DNA of 64,000 nucleotides from an uncultured Desulfospira sp. (GTDB taxonomy: Bacteria; Desulfobacterota; Desulfobacteria; Desulfobacterales; Desulfobacteraceae): NCBI GenBank assembly GCA_963663165.1, contig OY760175.1:3520001-3584000 (forward strand). The letters run 5' to 3'. The translations under genes were made by a program, and so were the position numbers. Positions 10,492 through 21,139 of this stretch are shown here, in pieces (positions within the stretch are counted from its first letter, which is position 1; every line of letters starts with the position of its first letter). Under the pieces are notes generated by a model. The model worked only from the letters and a program-made list of their open reading frames with translations. It had not been told where the DNA came from and did no database searches.

Positions 10492-11058
10492 TTAGAAAAG
10501 CGTCACGTCTCCAGGTTCATCAATTTTCTTTTTCAGGAGTTCGAGTCTCTTTTTTTCTAAGGCGGCCATGGATTTTTTGGCATTGATCCGCTTGAGGAAG
10601 ACCTCGCCGGTGTCTGTATGGAAATATACCTTTCGGGTATCGGTTCCGCCAAAATCCCGGCTGACAATCTTGATTTTTTCATTGGCCAGAAAGTCTGTGA
10701 CAAAATCAATAATTTTCTGGCCTACAGCAGATTCTTTTGAAATGGATGCAATGACATTGCCCCCGCCAAAGGTTTTGGCCACCAGGTTCTTGCGTTTTCC
10801 CCCAAGCTTCATGATCCCGTTGATCAGAAGCTCCATGGCGTTGACCCCGTAGCGGGCCGAGGCGTCAAATTTGCCCAACTGGGGCTCTCCGGGCATGAAA
10901 ATATGGTTCATGCCGCCGATTTTGTTTTCAGGGTCCCGCAGGCAGACAGCCACACAGGAGCCTAACACCGTATGAATAATCACCCCGTCCCGGCTGGCGT
11001 AATATTCACCGATACCGATGTTGACCAGTGTTTTATCGTCTGTTATCGGGTCAGGCAT
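10492..11058 (-). CDS. cheD: Chemoreceptor glutamine deamidase CheD
   Basis: [38 protein letters not shown] and DFGGTDTRK motifs. Confidence 0.95.
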   Translation of the reverse strand: MPDPITDDKTLVNIGIGEYYASRDGVIIHTVLGSCVAVCLRDPENKIGGMNHIFMPGEPQLGKFDASARYGVNAMELLINGIMKLGGKRKNLVAKTFGGGNVIASISKESAVGQKIIDFVTDFLANEKIKIVSRDFGGTDTRKVYFHTDTGEVFLKRINAKKSMAALEKKRLELLKKKIDEPGDVTLF

Positions 11059-12113
11059 TGTTGCAGGACAGCCGCGGTCAATTTTTCAAGGGGAAGGATT
11101 TTGTCAACCCCCCCCATTTTGATGGCCTCTTTGGGCATCCCGAAGACCACACAGGTGGCTTCGTCCTGGGCAAAGGTATAGGCCCCGGCATTTTTCATTT
11201 CCAGCATGCCCCGGGCCCCGTCATCTCCCATGCCCGTCATGATCACGCCCACGGCATTTTTACCGGCATACCGGGCCGTGGACCGGAACAGGACATCCAC
11301 CGAGGGGCGGTGGCGGGAGACCAGGGGACCCTGGCGGGTTTCCACAAAATATCGAGCCCCGCTGCGCTTGAGGATCATGTGCTGGCTGCCCGGGGCAATC
11401 AGGACCCTTCCCCGCAGGACACTGTCGTTGTTTTCAGCCTCTTTGACATTGACCTTGCTGATGGAGTCCAGCCGGTCGGCAAAGGTTTTGGTAAATTTCT
11501 CGGGCATGTGCTGGACAATCACCATACCCGGGGCGTCATGGGGCAGTGCCTCGATAAAAACCCTTAATGCCTCGGTGCCGCCGGTAGAGGCCCCCACAGC
11601 GACAATTTTTTCCGTTGTTTCGACCATGGCCCGGGTGCCGGGTTCGGGCAGCACCGCGTCTGCAGTCAGCTTGGGTTCAACTTTCATGGGCTTGGAAATT
11701 TTCCTGGGCGTTGCCATGGCCGCTGCTTTAACGGCATCGCAGATTCTGATTTTGGATTCCTCAAAAAATTGTTTGGCCCCCAGATTGGGTTTCTCGATAA
11801 TTTCCACGGCACCGTATTCCAGGGCCTTGAATGCCGTCTGGGTTCCCTGGCCGGCCAGGGTTGAGCAGATCACCACGGGAATGGGATGCTGGCTCATGAT
11901 TTTTTTTAAAAATGTAATCCCGTCCATCCTGGGCATTTCAACATCCAGGGTAATCACATCCGGTGTCTGCTCACGCATCCTGGATGCAGCCACAAACGGA
12001 TCTGATGCCATTCCCATGATTTCAATGTCAGGGTCCGATGAAAGAACTTGCGAAAGTGCATTTCGGACCAGGGCCGAATCGTCTACAATAAGAACTTTAA
12101 GTTTCTTACCCAT
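11043..12113 (-). CDS. cheB: Chemotaxis response regulator methylesterase CheB
   Basis: N-terminal receiver domain (VDDS, LDVEMP) and catalytic motifs [28 protein letters not shown] 12113 chosen; the track uses GTG 12125. Confidence 0.97.
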   Translation of the reverse strand: MGKKLKVLIVDDSALVRNALSQVLSSDPDIEIMGMASDPFVAASRMREQTPDVITLDVEMPRMDGITFLKKIMSQHPIPVVICSTLAGQGTQTAFKALEYGAVEIIEKPNLGAKQFFEESKIRICDAVKAAAMATPRKISKPMKVEPKLTADAVLPEPGTRAMVETTEKIVAVGASTGGTEALRVFIEALPHDAPGMVIVQHMPEKFTKTFADRLDSISKVNVKEAENNDSVLRGRVLIAPGSQHMILKRSGARYFVETRQGPLVSRHRPSVDVLFRSTARYAGKNAVGVIMTGMGDDGARGMLEMKNAGAYTFAQDEATCVVFGMPKEAIKMGGVDKILPLEKLTAAVLQQCLTR

Positions 12114-12219
12114 GCTTATTCCCACCCCATTATGTGGATATCCACAGTCAAATTAAAACAACCCGTCTTGTTTTTCCTTTTTATAAAACTGAACCCAAGC
12201 CCGTTTTTAAGGCCATGAT

Positions 12220-13092
12220 TCAGCCCACCTTCTGATAAACTGTTATTTCCGGGGAAACCAGGGGAAAATCGTCGATCTGGAGAACCTCGGAATGTCCCAC
12301 AAACAGATACCCGCCTTTTTTAAGATGTTTCAGCATATTATGAACCAGCGCCGTCTGGGTCTGCCTGTCAAAATAGATCATGACATTTCTGCAAAAAATA
12401 ATATCCACCTGATCCACCATGGGATAGGACCTGTCCATGAGGTTCAGCCGGTGAAATTTCACCTTGGACCGGATATTGGGGGCGATTCTGACCAGATTTT
12501 TGCTGCTGTCCTTGCTGCGCAGCAGATATTTTTTGCGCAGGTTCAGGGGCACCGGTTCAATCTCGTCATGATCATAAACCGCTCTTCTGGCAATACTGAG
12601 GACTTTGGTGGAAATATCCGTACCCACAATATCAAAATAAACCTTTGTACCGTTATGGGTTTCAGCAAATTCATTCAACACCATGGCCAGGGTATAGGGT
12701 TCATGCCCTCTGGAACAGGCGGCGCTCCAGACGGACACTTTTTTGGCTCCCATGGGAGAACCCGAACCAAGCAGATTGGGAAGCGCTTTCTGGGATAAAA
12801 ATTGAAAATGGGCCGATTCCCTGAAAAAATCGGTTTTATTGGTGGTGATCACATCAAGGAATTCGCTTAATTCTTCTTTCATGCCTTCCGGGCTGAACAG
12901 ATAGTCGCAGTATTCCTCGTAAGTTTTCAGTTTAAGCAGGCTCAGCCGCTTTCGTAGCCGGGATTCCACCATCACCCTTTTGGCTTCGGGCATTTTAATC
13001 CCTACCTTGGATTTAATAAAGGTGGACAGCTTTTGAAAATCCTTCATGGACAGGGTTTGAAGGTGAAAGGCGGGCGCTTCTTTTTTTTTCAT
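12220..13092 (-). CDS. cheR: Chemotaxis methyltransferase CheR
   Basis: TTNKTDFFRE, WSAACSRGHEPY, GTDIS, IFCRNVMIYF and GHSE motifs. Confidence 0.96.
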   Translation of the reverse strand: MKKKEAPAFHLQTLSMKDFQKLSTFIKSKVGIKMPEAKRVMVESRLRKRLSLLKLKTYEEYCDYLFSPEGMKEELSEFLDVITTNKTDFFRESAHFQFLSQKALPNLLGSGSPMGAKKVSVWSAACSRGHEPYTLAMVLNEFAETHNGTKVYFDIVGTDISTKVLSIARRAVYDHDEIEPVPLNLRKKYLLRSKDSSKNLVRIAPNIRSKVKFHRLNLMDRSYPMVDQVDIIFCRNVMIYFDRQTQTALVHNMLKHLKKGGYLFVGHSEVLQIDDFPLVSPEITVYQKVG

Positions 13093-13125
13093 GGGACAGT
13101 TGCTCTCCTGGCTGTGAATTCACAA

Positions 13126-13680
13126 TTACGAGGGATCATCGGTTTCTTCAACAGCTTTTTCCTCACCCTTATGTTCGTTACCCATTAACCGGGCATCCTG
13201 TTCAACCACCTGGACAACGGCAAGCTCTTCAGCAGAAAAGACCTTCCGGCTTTCCAGAATAATGATAAAATCATTCTCCTTTTTTCCCATTCCCTTGATA
13301 AATTCGGTTTTCAGACGGGTGCCGATCCTCGGGGGCGGTTCAATCTGGTCCGGTTCCAGGCTCATCACCTCCTGGACCGAATCCACCAGGATCCCAAGGA
13401 TGGTCTCCTCGCTTTCCAGGGAAACCTCAATAATGATGATACAGGTGTTCACATCCGGTTCCGCCTCTGGCAGGCCGAATTTCAAGCGCAGGTCCACCAC
13501 CGGGACCACGCCGCCCCTCAGGTTGATCACACCGCGCATGAACGCCGGCATACGGGGCACCTTGGTCATCTGGGTAAAATCAAGCACCTCGCGCACCTGG
13601 TTGATGTCCAGCGCATAAATTTCCTCATCCAGTTTAAATGAAAGGTACTGGCTGGTCTGTGTTATGCCCGCCACACTCAT
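13126..13680 (-). CDS. cheW: Chemotaxis coupling protein CheW
   Basis: VREVL, VPRMPAFMRGVINLRGGVVPVVDL and GILVDSV motifs. Confidence 0.96.
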   Translation of the reverse strand: MSVAGITQTSQYLSFKLDEEIYALDINQVREVLDFTQMTKVPRMPAFMRGVINLRGGVVPVVDLRLKFGLPEAEPDVNTCIIIIEVSLESEETILGILVDSVQEVMSLEPDQIEPPPRIGTRLKTEFIKGMGKKENDFIIILESRKVFSAEELAVVQVVEQDARLMGNEHKGEEKAVEETDDPS

Positions 13681-13736
13681 TGGAGTTCCTCCTTTTGAAC
13701 ATCATTTTTTCAAGGCTGCCGGGCCAGGGGCAAAAC

Positions 13737-15854
13737 TTAGGCCTTTTCCAGCAGCACATTGGTATCAATAATCAGGGCAACCGTACCATCCCCGAGGATG
13801 GTGGCCCCGGATATATCCCGCACGTTTTTAAAGGCCGGCCCCAAGGGTTTGATAACCGTCTGGTGGCCGCCGATGACATGGTCCACCACAAAGCCGATCC
13901 GGTTGTCGTTGACTTCTGTGATCACAACGTGTTCGGATTTGGGCCGTGTGCCGTTTATTCTAAAATAGTCCCTGAGCCGGACATAGGGGACCATCTCCCC
14001 CCTGACATTGAGGATGTTTCTGCCGTTGATCTTTTCCGACTCCCGGGAGTTGATCTCCACACACTCATCCACCGCCATCAGGGGCAGGACAAAAAAGTCC
14101 TGGCCAATCTGAACCAGAAGGCCGTTGATGATGGCCAGGGTCAAGGGCAGCTTCAGGGTAACCACGGTCCCTTCGCCCAGGTTGCTGTCAATGTCGATGA
14201 CGCCCCTCAAGTTTTCAATGGTCCGCTTGACCACATCCATGCCCACGCCCCGCCCGGAAACACTGGTCACCTCCTGAGATGTGGAAAAACCCGGTGCAAA
14301 AATCTGGGCATATATCTGTTTTTCGGAAAGGTCGTCGGATTCAGAGATCAACCCCTTTTCCAATGCTTTTTGCTTGATGCGCTCGGCGTTGAGCCCGGCC
14401 CCGTCATCTTTAATGGTGATCATCACGCTGGTTCCCTTATGGGCCGCCGAAAGAAGGATGGTGCCGGTTTCCCGTTTCCCGGTATTTTTCCTGGCTTCAG
14501 GGGATTCGACCCCATGGTCGATACTGTTCCGGATCAGGTGAACCAGGGGATCGCCCAGTTTTTCCAGAACGGTTTTGTCCATTTCCGTTTCAGCCCCTTC
14601 GGTCACCAGTTCAATTTTTTTCTTGAGCTGGGAAGACAGATCCCGGACCAGGCGCCGGAATTTGTTGAAGGTGGTCCCGATGGGCATCATTCTGATATTG
14701 AGGACACTGTCCCTTAATTCGCCGGTCAGCCGTTCGATTTCTTCCACCGGCTCGGCCAGTTCCATGTCCTCCCGCTCCGAAGCCACCTGGGTGAGGCGGG
14801 CCTGGGTAATGACCAGCTCCCCGACCAGGTTGATCAGCTTGTCCAGCCGTTCGGAAGGCACCCGGACCGAAGAGGCCTCGGCGGTTTTCCGGATATTGCT
14901 GGCCAGCTTCTGCTCGTTTAAGGCTGATTTTAATTTTTCCTTGGACACGGCACCGGATTCAACCAGCAGTTCCCCAAGATGTTTGCGCTGGGTATAGCTT
15001 TTTTCCACATCTTCCCGGGTAATATCGCCACGCTCAATGAGGATATCCCCCAGCCGCTGAATCTCATCGTCTGCACCGGCCCCGAGCTGATCTTCGATCA
15101 CCTCGATGTTGATCTCGCAGTCATTTTCCACAAAGATAAAAACATCTCTGATGGAGTTTCTATCCCTTGACGTGGACAGGGTGACATCCCAGTAAATATA
15201 ACAGGTCTCCGGGTCCAGTTCCTCAAGTTCCGGCACCTTGTCGGTCTGGGCCACCACACTTCCCTCACCCAGGTCTTTGAGATCCTCTATCAGCAGTACG
15301 GGATCCATCCCGGTTGCGAAAATGTTGGGAGAAGGGGTCATCCGTATCCGGTAAAGGGTCTGTACCTCATCGCCTTTTTCGTCGCCATCCTCTTTTTTCT
15401 TTGATTCCGGGGCGGCCGCCGGTTCCGGTTCTTTGACTCCTTTGGCCGGTGCTTTGGCCGGGGGCTCATCTCCGCTTAAAAGGGCCTCAAGGGAGGCGAT
15501 GATATCCTCTCCTTCCTGAGGATCCACGGCCGGCCCCCCGCCAGCCTCCTCAAGCAAGGCGGTGATCCGGTCCCGGGAAACCAGAATCAGGTCGATCAGT
15601 GTCTTGGAGACCGGGATGGTGCCGCCCCTGACTTTGTCCAAAACCGTCTCCACATGGTGGGTAAAATCAGAAATGGCGTCAAAGCCGAACATGGCCCCGG
15701 AGCCTTTAATGGTATGCATGGCCCGGAACAGCTTGTTGATGGCCTCCTTATCTTCGGGATCATCTTCAATATCCAGCACGGTGTCTTCGATACCCGTCAA
15801 CAGCTCTTCGGCTTCCTGGCGGAACTCTTCAATGAATCTGCTGGAGTCATTCAT
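13737..15854 (-). CDS. cheA: Chemotaxis histidine kinase CheA (Hpt, MshEN-like linker, dimerisation, HATPase, CheW)
   Basis: LFRAMHTIKG, LINLVGELVI, HLIRNSIDHG, DDGAGL and SGRGVGMDVV motifs. Confidence 0.97.
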   Translation of the reverse strand: MNDSSRFIEEFRQEAEELLTGIEDTVLDIEDDPEDKEAINKLFRAMHTIKGSGAMFGFDAISDFTHHVETVLDKVRGGTIPVSKTLIDLILVSRDRITALLEEAGGGPAVDPQEGEDIIASLEALLSGDEPPAKAPAKGVKEPEPAAAPESKKKEDGDEKGDEVQTLYRIRMTPSPNIFATGMDPVLLIEDLKDLGEGSVVAQTDKVPELEELDPETCYIYWDVTLSTSRDRNSIRDVFIFVENDCEINIEVIEDQLGAGADDEIQRLGDILIERGDITREDVEKSYTQRKHLGELLVESGAVSKEKLKSALNEQKLASNIRKTAEASSVRVPSERLDKLINLVGELVITQARLTQVASEREDMELAEPVEEIERLTGELRDSVLNIRMMPIGTTFNKFRRLVRDLSSQLKKKIELVTEGAETEMDKTVLEKLGDPLVHLIRNSIDHGVESPEARKNTGKRETGTILLSAAHKGTSVMITIKDDGAGLNAERIKQKALEKGLISESDDLSEKQIYAQIFAPGFSTSQEVTSVSGRGVGMDVVKRTIENLRGVIDIDSNLGEGTVVTLKLPLTLAIINGLLVQIGQDFFVLPLMAVDECVEINSRESEKINGRNILNVRGEMVPYVRLRDYFRINGTRPKSEHVVITEVNDNRIGFVVDHVIGGHQTVIKPLGPAFKNVRDISGATILGDGTVALIIDTNVLLEKA

Positions 15855-15909
15855 ATGCGCACTCCTTTGATCAACCTGGTGGCAGGGACCTTATGTCCCA
15901 CATTATTAA

Positions 15910-16275
15910 TTACCGGAGAACTTTTTTAATGACCGCAAGGAGCTGCTCCGGCTTGAACGGCTTTACAATCCATCCCGTGGCCCCGACGGCTTTGCCTTTT
16001 TGTTTCATATCGCCCTGGGATTCCGTGGTCAGCATGATAATGGGCATGAATTTAAACTTGGGCATTTCCCTGACCTGCTGAATCAGGCCAAATCCGTCCA
16101 GATTGGGCATATTCAAATCCGTAATCAGCATATCCACATGGGTATTGCCCAGTTTATTCACGGCGTCCTGCCCGTCCACAGCCTGAACCACTTCATATCC
16201 CGCTTGCGTTAAGGTAAAGCTCACCATCTGTCTGATGCTCGTAGAATCATCTGCTGTCATGATGACCTTTGACAT
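15910..16275 (-). CDS. cheY: Chemotaxis response regulator CheY
   Basis: Single receiver domain (ADDS, TDLNMP, LTTES, KPF). ATG 16275 has an AGGAG RBS. Confidence 0.93.
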   Translation of the reverse strand: MSKVIMTADDSTSIRQMVSFTLTQAGYEVVQAVDGQDAVNKLGNTHVDMLITDLNMPNLDGFGLIQQVREMPKFKFMPIIMLTTESQGDMKQKGKAVGATGWIVKPFKPEQLLAVIKKVLR

Positions 16276-16286
16276 GTCACGTCTCC

Positions 16287-16589
16287 TCAATTAGAAATAT
16301 AATCTTCCGGATCCAATCCGATCCCGGACGCAGCCTCCCAGCAGACCTTTGAATTACCGGTTATCAAAAATTTCTTTTTCATGCTTTTGGCTGTTTTAAA
16401 GGCTGAAAAAAGAAGCTGAACCCCCAGGGTGTCACAGGCGGTCACCCCGTCAATATTAATGACCAGTTTTTCATATTGATTCAGCCCGTCCAGTATCTTT
16501 TCTTTGATATCGGCAACCTCATAAGCCGATAATGACCCTTCAAGGTTCAATTCCATTTTTCTGTTTGCATTGTTCTCGGCTGAAGCCAT
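16287..16589 (-). CDS. STAS domain protein of the chemotaxis cluster
   Basis: 100 aa with the STAS signature IDGVTACDTLGVQLL; its stop overlaps the cheY RBS region. Confidence 0.85.
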   Translation of the reverse strand: MASAENNANRKMELNLEGSLSAYEVADIKEKILDGLNQYEKLVINIDGVTACDTLGVQLLFSAFKTAKSMKKKFLITGNSKVCWEAASGIGLDPEDYISN

Positions 16590-16613
16590 ACCGTATCCTC
16601 ACTTACGTAAGCG

Positions 16614-18413
16614 TTAAAACAATTCAATGTTATCATCGAGATCACCGTCTTCGGAACCACCCCCGTTTTGATCCGGTCCGGATTCACTGCTGATGCCGGC
16701 CATTTGTTCATGAATCCGCCGCTCACTTTCCATGGTGTACCTTTGGGCGATCTTTTCTGCCTTGTCCTGGGGTAAATTCTTGATCAAATCCTCCCAGGGG
16801 CGAAGTTCCTCTAAAAGATCTTGTATCTGTTGAAAGGCCTGTTCGTTTTTCAGGCTCCATTGCGCCATAAACTCCAGGTCTTCCACTGTTTTGGCAATAG
16901 ACTCCAGAAGTATCCCGGCCCTCTGGCCGGCATTGGAAAAGGTCTGGTCATACTGTTCGAAAGACTGGGCGATCTGTTCAACCCCATGCTCTAAGGACAT
17001 ATCCTCCGGTTCGGTCTGCCCGGATTCTTGGGCCTCGCCCCGGGCAGCGGGGCCTTCTCCCCCGGACAGCTTTGTAATAGCTTCAATGACGTTAAGCACG
17101 TCCCCTACCTGTGTATTTGAAGCCGCCGCAAGATCCCTCACCCCCCGGGCAAGGACCCCGAGTGTCGCCCCTTTCTCCCCTAGCTTGCTGGTCATGATAA
17201 TGGCATTGATGGCCTTGTACTGCAGATCAATATTGATGTTATTAACCTGATCCGTATACTGGGACAGGACGGATACGGCTGTGGCCGAGCGGTCCATGGT
17301 TTCCCCGATTTTGCTTTCCAGGTCATCTCCCTTTGTCAGCAGCTCCTGGAGTTTTTCAAGTTTGGTCTGAAAATTTTTCACCTCATACCCCAGATCCATG
17401 GTTTTGGCCTCTTCTGAATCTGATCCCGCGATATCCTGCGTCAGCTGATCCACCATGGCACTGACCCGGCCAAAGGCATCTTTCATTTTTTCATACACAT
17501 CCCTTGCGTCATCCACCACCAGCTTGAGCTGTGCCGCCTGGAGGGTTAAAAGGGACTGGATCTGCCCCCTGCACACCAGTTTATCCTCATCCTGGGCCGC
17601 TTCTTCCTCCTGCATCAGAGACCCGATATCGTCCAGCGCCGAAACAATATGTTCCACCTGCTGCCGGGCAATATCGTGAAACTGGATGGACATCACAATT
17701 TCCCCGACGATCTGGGAAATTTCCCGGGAATGCCCCCCGGCCTTGTCCAGGGTCTGGGCGGCCAGGTTTCCAATGGACTCCATTTTTTCTTCGGCATGAC
17801 GAACCGCATCCTGGGTGGATTCGGAAATCCGGTTAAAAAAGTCCAGCCCTTGGGTGATTTCCCGGTGGACATCCAGTTGATCGGTCTGGACCTGCCTGGA
17901 ATCTTTCTGGATTTTAGAAGAGATATCGCCGATATTTCTGGCCAGGGCCTTGATTTCCTCGCCAAAACCGCCGAACATATTCCTGGCCTCATCGGTCCGG
18001 CTGCCCTCCACACTGATATTCAGCCCGATGATATTCAGAAAATTGGAACTTTTTTTCATCCTCTCACAAATGGAACACAGCTCTGCCAGGTGGGCGGTTC
18101 CGGAATTAATGCTGCCCAGACTTTCGTTGATGGCCTCCTGGCAGCCGGAAAGGCCGGCCAGAGATTTATTTACAATTTTTTCGATCTGCAAAAGGATACC
18201 GCCGGTGTCCCCGCCGGACATGGTTCCGGCAAAAGCCGATATTTCTTTCGTCAGGGCCTCGGATTCTGCGTACAGGTTCTGCAAGTCCTGGCCAAGATCC
18301 TGAAAACGGGGTTCAATGCCGTGGAGCCCGTCTTCAAGCGATTTAGACAGCGGGGGGATAACGGCCATTATTTTCGCCGCCGGGTATTCTGGTTTCTGAT
18401 TGCTATTATTCAT
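16614..18413 (-). CDS. Soluble MCP-like protein with two degenerate signalling tips, a QFHDxxRQ motif and a C-terminal DDNIELF tail
   Basis: LNIIGLNISVEGSR...FGGFGEEIKALA; YKAINAIIMTSKLGEKGATLGVLARGVRDLA; RYTMESERRIHE. No transmembrane segment. First gene of the che operon. Confidence 0.8.
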   Translation of the reverse strand: MNNSNQKPEYPAAKIMAVIPPLSKSLEDGLHGIEPRFQDLGQDLQNLYAESEALTKEISAFAGTMSGGDTGGILLQIEKIVNKSLAGLSGCQEAINESLGSINSGTAHLAELCSICERMKKSSNFLNIIGLNISVEGSRTDEARNMFGGFGEEIKALARNIGDISSKIQKDSRQVQTDQLDVHREITQGLDFFNRISESTQDAVRHAEEKMESIGNLAAQTLDKAGGHSREISQIVGEIVMSIQFHDIARQQVEHIVSALDDIGSLMQEEEAAQDEDKLVCRGQIQSLLTLQAAQLKLVVDDARDVYEKMKDAFGRVSAMVDQLTQDIAGSDSEEAKTMDLGYEVKNFQTKLEKLQELLTKGDDLESKIGETMDRSATAVSVLSQYTDQVNNINIDLQYKAINAIIMTSKLGEKGATLGVLARGVRDLAAASNTQVGDVLNVIEAITKLSGGEGPAARGEAQESGQTEPEDMSLEHGVEQIAQSFEQYDQTFSNAGQRAGILLESIAKTVEDLEFMAQWSLKNEQAFQQIQDLLEELRPWEDLIKNLPQDKAEKIAQRYTMESERRIHEQMAGISSESGPDQNGGGSEDGDLDDNIELF

Positions 18414-18902
18414 AACCTTTCTCTTCCTTAGGAAACCAATGTGCCGATAACAAATTAATTATTTATGATAAGATAACGAAAATTTTTAAAAAAATCGCCT
18501 TTGTCTTGTCGATTTCTTTTTTTTAATTCTAAACATATACCACTATGAAACGGTCCTGTCAAAAGCGAACCGCCTTAAAAATGCGATTTTATCAATTTAT
18601 TTTTCAGCCGGTAAATTTTTTGTCCGCGAAAAGTTATAATTTAACAACGCCCGATTACGATTCCATGTTGACAGGCACCGGCGATATGATGTAAAAAGTT
18701 TAGCATACAGGCAAATTTGGTTATACATTCTTAACGAAATCAACTTCAACATGGTAGAAACTAACCAACAAGTTATACTGATACCATCGTAACCTTAACC
18801 TTGGGGTGTGTTCCAAGCGGCACTTCAAGTTTTTTTAATTCATAACTTTTTCAATCCGCCAGTTTCGATTTGGTATATTCAAAAAGGAGAAAAGGAGGGG
18901 GC

Positions 18903-21137
18903 ATGATACGGTTCAAGGACTTGAAAATCAAAATCAAGATTGTCATCATCGTTATATTGGGGATTCTCATTTCCGTGGGCATCGTCGGGGGGTATTCCCT
19001 GTACAGTATTCACACAAAGGGGCATGATGATGTCATCAGCTTTGAAACGGAATTGATGAATCAAACCCGGGCCGAATTAAAGGATCACATGGATTCAGCC
19101 TACACGGTTATAAAAAGAATGTATGACCGGTCCGCCACTGTCGAAGCCATCAAAAAACAATATGGAGGCCAGCTCAAATCTCTTGTGGATGTTCCCTACA
19201 CCATGATTTTTGAATCCCATGCCGCCATGAAGAATTCATCAGCCTTTACCGGCCCCACCGAAGAAGAGACCCAGGACAATGTTAAAAGCATTATCCGAAA
19301 GATGAGATACGGCGACGGAAATTACTTTTGGATCAACGACTCCCATTTCCGCATGGTCATGCATCCCACGGTAACAGATCTGGTCGGTAAAGACCTGTCC
19401 CGGTTTTCAAAAAACGGAAAAGTTATTATGGCCGAAGGGACCAGCACGCCTATGTTCCAGGAAATGGTCAAAATCTGCCGGGATTCCGGGGAAGGGTTTA
19501 TCACCTACCTGTGGCCGGCGGAAGGGGATTCATCGAAACTGGTCAGAAAGCTTTCATATGTTCGTTTATTCAAGCCCTGGGACTGGATCATTGGAACAGG
19601 AATTTTGGTGGACGATGCAGAAAAATCAGGCCGGGACGAAGCTGCAGCGATCATTACCAACATCAAATTCGGTGACGACAGTTACTTTTATATCATGGAT
19701 ACCAAAGGGGTGATCCTGGCCCATCCCAACAAGGACCTGGTGAACAAAAGCCTGTACGAAAACAAGGACGCCAATGGAAAATACGTCTGGAAGGAAATGA
19801 TAGAAATCGCCAAAAGCAGCGGCGAAGGGTTCCATGATTACGTATTCAACAAACTTGGGTCGGATAAACCTGAGCCCAAGCTGGGCTACTTAAAATATTT
19901 CAAGCAGTGGGACTGGATCATTTCAACCGGTGTCTACCTTGATACCCTTCAAGCCCGGGTTCAAGAAAAAAAAGAAGCGGTTGAAGCCGGTGTTCATCAT
20001 CAGATTATCTTCATGGCCATTACCATTACCATCCTGGTTGTGGTGGCCTTTTTCTGGGTGTTGATCATGAGCCGGGCCTTCATTGAACGCCCCTTGAACC
20101 AGGGGGTTGAAGTGGCCAACAATCTGGCCAAAGGAAATCTCAATGTGGGCATTGAAATTTCCAGTAAAGATGAAATCGGACAACTCCAGGCGGCCATGAA
20201 ACACATGGTGGATTCCCTTCAGGACATTGTGGGCGAGGTTCAAAATGCGGTCAGCAATGTGGCTGCCGGCAGCGAGGAACTCAGCTCCACGGCCGAGCAG
20301 ATGTCCCAGGGGGCAACGGAACAGGCCTCGTCGGCAGAACAGGCGTCGTCTTCCATGGAAGAGATGTCCGGCAATATTAAACAGAACGCCGACAATGCCC
20401 AGCAGACAGAACGTTTGGCCGTTCAGGCTGCCGGCGATGCCGAAAACGGCGGCACAGCCGTAGCCCAAACCGTTAACGCCATGAAAGAAATCGCCGATAA
20501 AATCCTTATCATCGAAGAGATCGCAAGGCAAACCAACATGCTGGCCTTGAATGCCGCCATTGAAGCGGCCCGGGCCGGGGATCACGGCAAGGGCTTTGCC
20601 GTGGTTGCCGATGCCGTCCGGAAACTGGCCGAAAGAAGCCAGGCCGCGGCCAGCGAAATCAGCAATCTGTCTACGTCCAGTGTTGAAATTGCCGAAAATG
20701 CCGGCGACATGCTCAATAAAATTGTGCCGGATATCCGGAAAACATCGGAACTGGTGCAGGAAATCAATGCGGCCTCATCTGAACAGAGCATGGGGGCCGA
20801 ACAGATCAACACCGCCTTACAGCAGCTGGATCAGGTGATTCAGCAGAATGCCAGCTCAGCCGAAGAAATGTCATCCACGGCAGAACAGCTCTCAGCCCAG
20901 GCCGAACAGCTTCAGCAGGCCATTTCATTTTTCAAGATCGGCCGAAGCGCCGGGTCAAAAAGGCGGCAGGATCAGCCATCGCGCCAGGCTGAATCATCAG
21001 GGCCGTCCTCAAGAGGCCATGAACCCCGGCCCACCGTGGTGACCAATAAACCTGAACCCCAGCACACCTCCTCTGGGGGCGGGATCTCATTGGATATGGG
21101 CGATGACGCCCTGGATGATGACTTTGAAAAATATTAA
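18903..21137 (+). CDS. Methyl-accepting chemotaxis protein (2 TM, tandem Cache-type sensor, HAMP, MA domain, C-terminal pentapeptide DFEKY)
   Basis: ATG 18903 after AAGGAGG. YFWIND...MVMHP and YFYIMD...LAHP Cache motifs; QTNMLALNAAIEAARAGDHGKGFAVVA signalling tip. Confidence 0.95.
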   Translation: MIRFKDLKIKIKIVIIVILGILISVGIVGGYSLYSIHTKGHDDVISFETELMNQTRAELKDHMDSAYTVIKRMYDRSATVEAIKKQYGGQLKSLVDVPYTMIFESHAAMKNSSAFTGPTEEETQDNVKSIIRKMRYGDGNYFWINDSHFRMVMHPTVTDLVGKDLSRFSKNGKVIMAEGTSTPMFQEMVKICRDSGEGFITYLWPAEGDSSKLVRKLSYVRLFKPWDWIIGTGILVDDAEKSGRDEAAAIITNIKFGDDSYFYIMDTKGVILAHPNKDLVNKSLYENKDANGKYVWKEMIEIAKSSGEGFHDYVFNKLGSDKPEPKLGYLKYFKQWDWIISTGVYLDTLQARVQEKKEAVEAGVHHQIIFMAITITILVVVAFFWVLIMSRAFIERPLNQGVEVANNLAKGNLNVGIEISSKDEIGQLQAAMKHMVDSLQDIVGEVQNAVSNVAAGSEELSSTAEQMSQGATEQASSAEQASSSMEEMSGNIKQNADNAQQTERLAVQAAGDAENGGTAVAQTVNAMKEIADKILIIEEIARQTNMLALNAAIEAARAGDHGKGFAVVADAVRKLAERSQAAASEISNLSTSSVEIAENAGDMLNKIVPDIRKTSELVQEINAASSEQSMGAEQINTALQQLDQVIQQNASSAEEMSSTAEQLSAQAEQLQQAISFFKIGRSAGSKRRQDQPSRQAESSGPSSRGHEPRPTVVTNKPEPQHTSSGGGISLDMGDDALDDDFEKY

Positions 21138-21139
21138 GG

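Noticed and set aside
11028..18431. Long plus-strand ORFs antisense to the che genes (e.g. 11206..12156, 13638..14717, 17649..18431)
   Set aside because: They are antisense shadows of well-conserved genes and show no recognisable motifs.
18421..18700. Sigma28 box GCCGATAA at 18443 and TTGACA at 18668 as chemotaxis promoters
   Set aside because: There is no correctly spaced TAAA or -10 partner, so neither promoter can be supported.
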